In this document: piece after piece, positions 19,096-26,485 of the stretch
How the letters are laid out: every line of letters begins with the position of its first letter
Numbering within the stretch: position 1 is the first letter of the stretch
Virus record (IMG/VR): IMGVR_UViG_3300031576_000007
Span: 32,001-96,000 of that record
Length of the DNA stretch: 64,000 bases
Direction: 5' to 3' (one strand)
DNA from: a virus
Notes under the pieces: generated by a model
What the model saw: only the letters and a program-made list of their open reading frames with translations
Database searches by the model: none
What the model was told of the DNA's origin: nothing
Made by a program: the position numbers and the translations under genes

Positions 19096-19351
19096 TCCTA
19101 GCACCGGGCGTGATGACACCATGCTCACTTGTGCTGTAGCGGGGTTTATAATTAGCAGCATGATAGTTGTAGCCCAGTTTGTAGCCAGTCTTTATATTGA
19201 AAAGATTACTATGGGTGACATCTCATTAGTAATAGGTGCTATACTTACACCTACAGTAGCGGCATATACAGCTAGACGGTACACAGACTTAAAACATAGT
19301 AATAATGGGAATTGCCATTCAAAAGTGGATCAGCCTACAAATGGAGATTAA
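19076..19351 (+). CDS. Two-TM membrane protein (holin-like topology)
   Basis: Two hydrophobic helices followed by YTARRYTD. Confidence 0.6.
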   Translation: MGFWINNPSTGRDDTMLTCAVAGFIISSMIVVAQFVASLYIEKITMGDISLVIGAILTPTVAAYTARRYTDLKHSNNGNCHSKVDQPTNGD

Positions 19352-19363
19352 AGAAAGGAAAAT

Positions 19364-20092
19364 ATGAAGTTTTTAACAAGTTTTTTTATTTTATGTTCGT
19401 TGATGTTTAAAGCTAATTTAAGAGCAGAAGTAATATTAGTAGCTACCAAGCCTATTGCTACTAATATTGTTGTAAAGATGGTAGACCAGATTAATATAGA
19501 TGAAAAAAGACTATTAGTTATACGAGATGATGTTAACGAAGGTGTCATAGATCCACTTATTATTAAGATGAATAAATTAGATAAAGAAAAAAAAGACCCA
19601 ATATATCTGATTATTAATACCAGGGGTGGACAGATTGATTCTGGTATGTCACTAGTTACAACTATTACTTCTATTAAAAGTCCAGTAATTTGTATTATAG
19701 ATAATAAAGCCTACTCAATGGGGGCTGTAATTGCAACTTATTGCCCAAAAACTTATATTCATAAATATGCGACAGTTATGTTCCATTATGCTGCTTATGG
19801 TGTTAGAGGACCTGAAAACATTGTTCCTTCAAGATTAGCTATTATCCAGAAAGAATTAAAGAAACTTCATCTAGAAGTAGCTTCAAACCTGGGGATTACT
19901 TATGATCAATATATAGAAAAAATTAGAAATGAATGGTGGATGACTGCTGAAGAGGCTGTTTCTAATAAGGTTGCAGACGTGTTGATTAATAAGCTTAGTT
20001 ACACATTTGAACAAAAAGTAGAAATAATGCCGTTTATATTTGGTTTGACTTACTACACAGACAAGTTTGTGTTTGATGTAAGGATGAAATAA
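19364..20092 (+). CDS. ClpP-like serine protease with N-terminal signal peptide or anchor
   Basis: MKFLTSFFILCSLMFKANLRA; INTRGG, AYSMGA, VMFH, EWWMTAEEAV. Confidence 0.8.
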   Translation: MKFLTSFFILCSLMFKANLRAEVILVATKPIATNIVVKMVDQINIDEKRLLVIRDDVNEGVIDPLIIKMNKLDKEKKDPIYLIINTRGGQIDSGMSLVTTITSIKSPVICIIDNKAYSMGAVIATYCPKTYIHKYATVMFHYAAYGVRGPENIVPSRLAIIQKELKKLHLEVASNLGITYDQYIEKIRNEWWMTAEEAVSNKVADVLINKLSYTFEQKVEIMPFIFGLTYYTDKFVFDVRMK

Positions 20093-20094
20093 AA

Positions 20095-20397
20095 ATGTTA
20101 AAATGGTTGAAGGGTAACTTCTGGGCAGTAACCGGGGTAATTGTAGGTATTGTGCTGCTTATCTTCATCAAAGATATTGAGAGACTTAAGGAAATTGAAT
20201 CATTTTTTAGAAGGAAAAAAGTAGAAGACGAAGTTAATCAACTTAAGTCTACTTTAAGTTCTAGTAAGGTCCATATAGATTCGAATGATGAAAAGCTAGT
20301 TTTACTGGCCGAAGATCTAAAGAATAGAAAGATTAAAGTTTCTAATTTGTCTGAAGATGAAGTTAAGATTTTTTACGATGATTTTTTTAGTAGTTAA
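20095..20397 (+). CDS. N-terminally anchored coiled-coil membrane protein (spanin-like topology)
   Basis: TM segment at residues ~9-25, then heptad-rich region. Confidence 0.55.
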   Translation: MLKWLKGNFWAVTGVIVGIVLLIFIKDIERLKEIESFFRRKKVEDEVNQLKSTLSSSKVHIDSNDEKLVLLAEDLKNRKIKVSNLSEDEVKIFYDDFFSS

Positions 20398-20890
20398 AGG
20401 ATTGAATCAAGTGAATTATAATTACGCCGCAAATATACAACCTTATACTACTCCCTCTGGGGGTACAAACTCACAAGAAAAAACTGGAGTTAAGCTATAT
20501 AGTGAAACATTTAATGGTCTTGAATTTGATAGTTTTCACATTGCTATGTTACAAGAGGAAGAAACAGACAAGAAGTTATTAGAGCTATCTAAAGAGTTTT
20601 CTCCTAGATCTACTTCTTTAAAAGAATTTGTAGATAAGATTTCTTTAGGAACTAATTTCAATAGTCTTGCTCTAGTTGATCTTAGTTCCAAGAAATTTAT
20701 ATGTTCTTTTAAAAAATGTACTGTAATTATATTTGATGTTAACTCTTCTTATGAGACTGCTTTCTCCTCTATAGAAAAAAGACACAACATAATAACTCTA
20801 AAATTAAGATTTTCGTTTAGTGAATTAAGCTGTGATGCTACTACCGAAGTTTACTATAATAACATGCTACAGATGAGTAAAAGCGAATGA
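20357..20890 (+). CDS. Hypothetical protein
   Basis: 177 aa ORF; start may be GTG 20411. Confidence 0.55.
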   Translation: MKLRFFTMIFLVVKGLNQVNYNYAANIQPYTTPSGGTNSQEKTGVKLYSETFNGLEFDSFHIAMLQEEETDKKLLELSKEFSPRSTSLKEFVDKISLGTNFNSLALVDLSSKKFICSFKKCTVIIFDVNSSYETAFSSIEKRHNIITLKLRFSFSELSCDATTEVYYNNMLQMSKSE

Positions 20891-21324
20891 AAAAACTAAT
20901 ATCGCTATTGTTGTGCATAGTCTGTGTGTTACCATCAACAATATATGCTAAAGATGATCTAAAAATAGAAATCGTAGAAGTTGAAAGGTTTCCTTTTAGT
21001 TTTAAAACTGATATTACGTATAAGTTTAAATTAGACGGCTGGGCGTTTACTCTAGATCAAGAAAAGAAGCTAAGATTTAGACTACTTGATGCAGACTATC
21101 TTGAAAAAGAGAACAAGCTCCTTAAAGATAATATAGAACAATATAAGAAGATGCTAGAAATAGAGAAGGAGATATCTAATAAGTACAAGGAAACATGGCT
21201 CCAATCTGACGAGCAATTAACAAAGGTGCTGAAAAGAGAAAGTAGAGCAAAACTGTGGTATTTGATACTAGGCATAGGTTTGACAATTGGGGCTGGAGCA
21301 GCTATAAGTCATGTAGGGAGATAA
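20887..21324 (+). CDS. Exported coiled-coil protein with C-terminal TM helix
   Basis: Signal peptide MKKLISLLLCIVCVLPSTIYA; C-terminal LWYLILGIGLTIGAGAAI. Confidence 0.65.
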   Translation: MKKLISLLLCIVCVLPSTIYAKDDLKIEIVEVERFPFSFKTDITYKFKLDGWAFTLDQEKKLRFRLLDADYLEKENKLLKDNIEQYKKMLEIEKEISNKYKETWLQSDEQLTKVLKRESRAKLWYLILGIGLTIGAGAAISHVGR

Positions 21325-21325
21325 A

Positions 21326-21877
21326 GTGATTTTGGAAGTATTATTTGGTACTGTTGCAATTATATTACTTTATATTTTATTATTAAAATATAGATTTAAT
21401 AATGAGAGAGACTTATATATTGACAATGAAATAGTAAGATTAAGGCAAGAAACCCAAGCCTTGACTAATAATATTGGTGGTTTAGAGATGTTATTAGGCA
21501 GCAAGGAGAAAGAGCTTTCTGAACTCGCTAGACAGAAACAAGAATATAAAGATTTATTAGATCAGGAACTACAAAAGAATAAGAGTATAATTAGTCAAAA
21601 AAAAAGCAGTGAGATAAGGACAGGATTCATAGCCGAACAATTAGCTCCTTATATGATGCCTAAATATGACCCTAAAAATATAAAGTTTATAGGAGCTCCA
21701 ATAGATATGATAATCTTTTGCCCCGATGAAATTGTCTTTTTAGAAGTAAAAACTGGTGGATCGCACCTATCTTTTAATCAGAAGAGGATAAGACAATTAG
21801 TTCAACAACGTAAAGTTCGTTGGGAAGAATTTAGATTACGGAATAGCAGGAGTAACAAGAATGATAAATCTAATTAA
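21326..21877 (+). CDS. Membrane-anchored PD-(D/E)XK endonuclease (Endonuc_Holl-like)
   Basis: N-terminal TM, coiled coil, GFIAEQLAP, FIGAPIDMI, FLEVKTG, LSFNQKRIR. Confidence 0.8.
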   Translation: MILEVLFGTVAIILLYILLLKYRFNNERDLYIDNEIVRLRQETQALTNNIGGLEMLLGSKEKELSELARQKQEYKDLLDQELQKNKSIISQKKSSEIRTGFIAEQLAPYMMPKYDPKNIKFIGAPIDMIIFCPDEIVFLEVKTGGSHLSFNQKRIRQLVQQRKVRWEEFRLRNSRSNKNDKSN

Positions 21878-22208
21878 GAGTCTACCTAAAGGCCTGTTAA
21901 AATATGTTTTAGCATTTAACGGGTTCAATGTATTGGATGCTATTATGACACTATTTGTATTATCTCATGGAGGAAGAGAACTTAATCCTATAATGGTTTT
22001 TTTAATAAATTCTCATCCTATATTTTTTGTATTGACTAAGTTATCATTAGCTGGTATAATGACTGTTTATTGGATTAAAAAAGGGCACTGGAAAAGCATA
22101 AAGTTGTGCGCCTTAGCTTTTTATAGTGTATGTGTTTGGAATTCAGCTATGATTTTCTCAATTATAGAAAGAGCAGTACAAGTAGGGAGAGCAGCCAGTG
22201 GAAATTAA
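21861..22208 (+). CDS. DUF5658-like membrane protein
   Basis: NVLDAIMT...GGRELNPIM...K motif, three TM segments. Confidence 0.75.
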   Translation: MINLIKSLPKGLLKYVLAFNGFNVLDAIMTLFVLSHGGRELNPIMVFLINSHPIFFVLTKLSLAGIMTVYWIKKGHWKSIKLCALAFYSVCVWNSAMIFSIIERAVQVGRAASGN

Positions 22209-22572
22209 GTCAGTTTCAGATATGACTATCGAAGAATTAGCGGAACAAAAATTTGAGGCTGGTAAAACATGGGTGGACGCTTGTGCTATTCACCATCGTA
22301 TGAACATTGGGTATGACAGTGGGGAAAAGCTACGAAAAATTATGGCTAAAATAAGATCTTCTCAACAACCCCCAAATGGGAAAAAAACCTGGACTCATGA
22401 CGAATTGCGCGATGCAGCGTTGGCTACAGATGAATATACCACATTCCTTAATCAGCTTAATGAAGCATACCAAGCTATGTTGGATACAGTCAATGAAAGG
22501 GATAAATGGGAAAATTTATTCGAAGGCCGGAGATCTCAGATGTCGTATGAAAAGAGCATGCTAAAATCATGA
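22198..22572 (+). CDS. UvsY-like recombination mediator (tentative)
   Basis: Helical protein with ALATDEY and RRSQMSYEK; immediately upstream of recA. Confidence 0.45.
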   Translation: MEIKSVSDMTIEELAEQKFEAGKTWVDACAIHHRMNIGYDSGEKLRKIMAKIRSSQQPPNGKKTWTHDELRDAALATDEYTTFLNQLNEAYQAMLDTVNERDKWENLFEGRRSQMSYEKSMLKS

Positions 22573-24575
22573 ATAAGAAGTTAAAAGAGCTTAAAGAATC
22601 TGTGGATAAGCAATTTGGTAAAGGTTCTGTTATACTTTTTGGGGAGGATTCAGATCTTTTTAATATTAAAGTAATCCCCACAGGAATTTTTAGTTTGGAT
22701 AGATCTCTGGGAATAGGTGGGATACCTAGAGGAAGAATGATTGAAATATATGGCCCGAATAGTACTGGAAAAACTACACTAGCTTTATACGTTGCTGCAT
22801 CAGCACAGAAACAAGGAGAAATTGTAGCTTACTTAGATTTGGAAAATAGTTTAGATAGAAATTTAGCCAATGACTTAGGAGTAAATGTTGATTCATTATT
22901 ATTCTCTCAACCTGATTGCGCAGAGAATGCCTTAGAAATTTTAGAGTATCTTGTAAGAAGTGGTGAAGTTGGTTTAATTGTAGTAGATTCTGTAGCAGCT
23001 CTTGTGCCTAGGGCTGAGTTGAGCGGGGAAATGGGGGATAGCGTTTCTTCTGACACCCCTGTTTTTATTAGGCACAAAACTAAAAAATATACAGATATAG
23101 TACCTATAGAAGATTTATATGGCGGTGGGGATAATTTTCTAGGAAAACAAAGAATTTATAAAAAAACAAAAAATATAGAAATACTTACACATAATGGTTG
23201 GAAACCTCTTTTAGCTGTGATTAAGAAAAAAAATGACACTAAAAAGAATCTATCATTAATTAGAACAACAACAGGTTATATAAAAACTACTGAAGATCAC
23301 TCTTTATTTCAAGATGGAAAAGAAGTATCACCAAAAGAGTTAAATATTTTCGATAGAATAGACGTTCATAATACGAATGATTTTAATTTTAATTTGAGTG
23401 GGGTTAATAAAAATATTGCTTGGTTATTAGGATTCTGGTGTGCAGAAGGTTCAACGAATAACAATGATTGTAAAAAGAACAGATTTGAAGTTTGTAATAT
23501 AAATTTAAATTTGATAAATAAATGCAAAGAAATCATTGATTCTAATTTTCCAACCATTGGGAAAATTAGAAGACCAAAATCAAAAGATTCAAGAAATTTA
23601 TTATATATTTTGACTTGTAATGCTGATTCTGATCTAGGATTTTTAATAGAAGAATGCAGAACTAAAAAATCATCCTTAAAAAAGGTTCCTTCTTTAATAT
23701 TAAATGCGTCTTCTGAAATTAAAGAAAGTTTTCTTGATGGTTTTTTTCAAGGAGATGGTTCACATGGTAATAAACACGGGAAAATTTATTATTATAATAA
23801 CTCATTACCTATGATTGCTGGAATTCAATATCTTTTACATAGTTTAAACAGGAAAACTGCAATTAGATTAGATAGAAAAAGACCTGAACAACTTATTTTA
23901 GAACAAGTAGAAAGCTTATTCCATAGAGAAAATGAAATCCGAGATAAGATTACATTAGATCCTCCTAATTTTTTGTATGACGTTTCAACCGAGTCGGGAA
24001 CTTTTGTGGCAGCTATCGGGAATATAGTTTGTCATAATAGCCATATGGGTCTCCAAGCACGTCTAATGTCCCAAGCGATGAGGAAATTAGTAGGGGTAAC
24101 TAACAAAACTGGTACAACAGTAATATGGATTAACCAGACAAGACAAAATATAGGTCAATTTTATGGTCCTAATGAAGTTACTTCTGGGGGTAATGCTTTA
24201 AAGTTTTACTCTAGCATAAGATTAGAAGTCCGAAAAGGTGAAACTCTAAAAGAAAAAGATACTGTGATAGGGCACTCTCTCAAAATAAAAGTTGTAAAAA
24301 ATAAACTATCCTCCCCTTTTACTACGTCAGAATGCAGCTTGATTTATGGCAAAGGTATCGATATCGCAGGAGATTTGTTTGATACTGCAATAATATCAGA
24401 TATTATAAAAAAGAGTGGGAGTTGGTATAGTTATGATGACAAAAGATTAGGTCAAGGACGAGATCAATCTATTCAATTTTTAATAGAGCAAGGATTACTG
24501 GATGAGATTACTAAAAAATTACAGAAACAAGAACCACCAAGCGCTGTACCCGAAGAAGTGAAATCAACAAAATGA
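22569..24575 (+). CDS. recA: RecA recombinase, intein-containing
   Basis: KQFGKGS, GIGGIPRGRMIEIYGPNSTGKTT, VDSVAALVP, GD|SHMGLQARLMSQAMRK, GGNALKFY, VVKNK. Confidence 0.95.
   Translation: MNKKLKELKESVDKQFGKGSVILFGEDSDLFNIKVIPTGIFSLDRSLGIGGIPRGRMIEIYGPNSTGKTTLALYVAASAQKQGEIVAYLDLENSLDRNLANDLGVNVDSLLFSQPDCAENALEILEYLVRSGEVGLIVVDSVAALVPRAELSGEMGDSVSSDTPVFIRHKTKKYTDIVPIEDLYGGGDNFLGKQRIYKKTKNIEILTHNGWKPLLAVIKKKNDTKKNLSLIRTTTGYIKTTEDHSLFQDGKEVSPKELNIFDRIDVHNTNDFNFNLSGVNKNIAWLLGFWCAEGSTNNNDCKKNRFEVCNINLNLINKCKEIIDSNFPTIGKIRRPKSKDSRNLLYILTCNADSDLGFLIEECRTKKSSLKKVPSLILNASSEIKESFLDGFFQGDGSHGNKHGKIYYYNNSLPMIAGIQYLLHSLNRKTAIRLDRKRPEQLILEQVESLFHRENEIRDKITLDPPNFLYDVSTESGTFVAAIGNIVCHNSHMGLQARLMSQAMRKLVGVTNKTGTTVIWINQTRQNIGQFYGPNEVTSGGNALKFYSSIRLEVRKGETLKEKDTVIGHSLKIKVVKNKLSSPFTTSECSLIYGKGIDIAGDLFDTAIISDIIKKSGSWYSYDDKRLGQGRDQSIQFLIEQGLLDEITKKLQKQEPPSAVPEEVKSTK
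23040..24038 (+). mobile_element. Intein (333 aa, Ser1) with LAGLIDADG endonuclease in recA
   Basis: Starts SVSSDTPV, TTEDHS block B, LLGFWCAEG and FLDGFFQGDG, ends VCHN before S. Confidence 0.92.
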
Positions 24576-24607
24576 TAGTATTTTGGCCAAAATAACGGGG
24601 CGATTAG

Positions 24608-25225
24608 ATGAAACGACCTAAACCTAAGGTAGTGTGCAAACAATGCAAAAACCCTATAAAAAAGGGCCGAAAACACGCAACGTCAGGGGTTCCCGCTAAG
24701 GTTTGCTCTGTTAATTGCGCCTTTAAGTTAAAGTATAGCAAAACTGTAGCAAAATTGGAGAATAAACTCAATTTATGTAAAAATACAGAAACCAAATTAG
24801 TAAAATTATGTATTAATGCACAAAGAATTAATACCCCAGGAGGGCTTTCTAAGAGTCAAATCAAGAGGTTAACTACACAGACTGAAGATTTAATAAAGAA
24901 ACCCCTAAATAAAGAAGATTTCGATAGAGATGATAATTACCTGACTTTTGTAAGAACCCTCCCTTGCATTGTTGATAGTTGTACTGTTAAACCTATCCAT
25001 GCTCATCACGTTGAGAGAGGTGGTATGGGTATTAAAGGGTCAGACTACTCCGTTGTGGCTTTATGTCATGAACATCATACATCAGGGTCTGATGCTATAC
25101 ATAATTTAGGAGTATCTGAGTTTGAGAAGACCCATGCCATCGATTTGGTAGTTGAACAGTTATATACTATCAGGCAATATGTAAGGTTGTTAAAATATGC
25201 AAAAGTTTCCTTGTCAAGTATTTAG
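24608..25225 (+). CDS. DUF968/NinG-like Zn-binding HNH-type nuclease
   Basis: N-terminal CKQC...CSVNC; YLTFVRTLPCIV, HAHHV, GMGIKGSD, LCHEHH. Confidence 0.75.
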   Translation: MKRPKPKVVCKQCKNPIKKGRKHATSGVPAKVCSVNCAFKLKYSKTVAKLENKLNLCKNTETKLVKLCINAQRINTPGGLSKSQIKRLTTQTEDLIKKPLNKEDFDRDDNYLTFVRTLPCIVDSCTVKPIHAHHVERGGMGIKGSDYSVVALCHEHHTSGSDAIHNLGVSEFEKTHAIDLVVEQLYTIRQYVRLLKYAKVSLSSI

Positions 25226-25562
25226 TGATAATACCACCCCCAAATTTAAAAATGGATATGTAATATCTACTATAAAAGATCATTATTCTTGTATCTGTGA
25301 TTTTATAGCTAAATACGCAAACATAGTGGATAATATAATTAGAACTGGAGCCCACAAAGATGGCTTAAACATTAAATATAGGGTACATTATTTTGATGAG
25401 GCAAAAAGAGAATATCACTTAAATTTAGAGCTTATAGATAATACTTTAGGGTATCCGGGCGGGCCAAGAAGGGTATTAATAGCCCCTCAGAGTCAGATTG
25501 AATACCATTGTGAAATTCAAGTTGCAGAAACATTTATGGAGATGGCTAATGACAACAATTAG
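25197..25562 (+). CDS. Hypothetical protein
   Basis: 121 aa ORF in operon. Confidence 0.55.
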   Translation: MQKFPCQVFSDNTTPKFKNGYVISTIKDHYSCICDFIAKYANIVDNIIRTGAHKDGLNIKYRVHYFDEAKREYHLNLELIDNTLGYPGGPRRVLIAPQSQIEYHCEIQVAETFMEMANDNN

Positions 25563-25875
25563 AAAAGGGCAAGTGTACAGACCTACTAATAATTTTGCAA
25601 TCGGGGACCCATCCACCCCAAGTAAAGGTTCAGTATATATAAAGTCTGCTATTCATTTTATTGAGGTAGTAGAAGTTGGGTACAAAGGTAAAGAAGATTC
25701 AATTAAAATTTATTTAGATCATATAGATTCCTTTTTTGGGGAAAGACCTAAATGCTCAGAGAAAGGTATGTACGTTATACCAACTAAAATGTTGGAAGAT
25801 GATTGTGTATTGGGCGTTGCCCTTACCTTGAAATTAGGTAAGTGGTATATGGAGCACGAAAAAAATGAATTTTAA
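25549..25875 (+). CDS. Hypothetical protein
   Basis: ATG 25549 with GGAG RBS. Confidence 0.6.
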   Translation: MTTIRKGQVYRPTNNFAIGDPSTPSKGSVYIKSAIHFIEVVEVGYKGKEDSIKIYLDHIDSFFGERPKCSEKGMYVIPTKMLEDDCVLGVALTLKLGKWYMEHEKNEF

Positions 25876-25885
25876 AACTATTCTA

Positions 25886-25894
25886 TGATATAAT
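25886..25894 (+). promoter_or_regulatory. Extended -10 promoter ahead of HNH gene, probably leaderless
   Basis: TG-A-TATAAT; GTG start 7 nt downstream; no SD. Confidence 0.55.
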
Positions 25895-25900
25895 AATACA

Positions 25901-26485
25901 GTGGACAGAAAAAAGTGTATAAAATGTAATAATATTAAAGATATAATAAAGTTCTATTTACGTTCAGATACTAAAAAGTATCGTAAGGAATGCAAGATAT
26001 GCTCTAAAGAATTTCACAGCAGTATCTATATTAAAAATATCAATAAGTATAAAAAACACAATAAAAATTATTACATTTCTAATAAAGATAAAGTACTAAA
26101 GCAACAAAAAGAATGGTATAAAGAAAACAAGGAACTTATAGCACAAAGAAGATTAGAATATCAAAGAAACAATCCAGAAGGACACTGTAAGAGGAATAAA
26201 ATATATAGAGATAGATACCCTAAAAGAAGACTATATTTAACACGAAAAAGACAGCTAGAAAAGCTTCAAAGAACACCAGTGGGGGCAAACTTAGATATAA
26301 TAAAAATCTTTTATGAAAACTGTCAACAAGGATATGAAGTAGACCATATTATTCCTCTAAAAGGAAAAACTGTAAGTGGCCTTCATATAAGGAGTAATCT
26401 ACAATATTTATTGCCAGAGGATAATTTGAAAAAAAGAAACAAGTTTGATTTTACTTTAGAAAACATTGGATGGAAAAATGGGTGA
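25901..26485 (+). CDS. Free-standing HNH homing endonuclease
   Basis: CIKC...CKIC; YEVDHIIPLKGKTVSGLHIRSNLQYL...N..K.NK. Confidence 0.88.
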   Translation: MDRKKCIKCNNIKDIIKFYLRSDTKKYRKECKICSKEFHSSIYIKNINKYKKHNKNYYISNKDKVLKQQKEWYKENKELIAQRRLEYQRNNPEGHCKRNKIYRDRYPKRRLYLTRKRQLEKLQRTPVGANLDIIKIFYENCQQGYEVDHIIPLKGKTVSGLHIRSNLQYLLPEDNLKKRNKFDFTLENIGWKNG

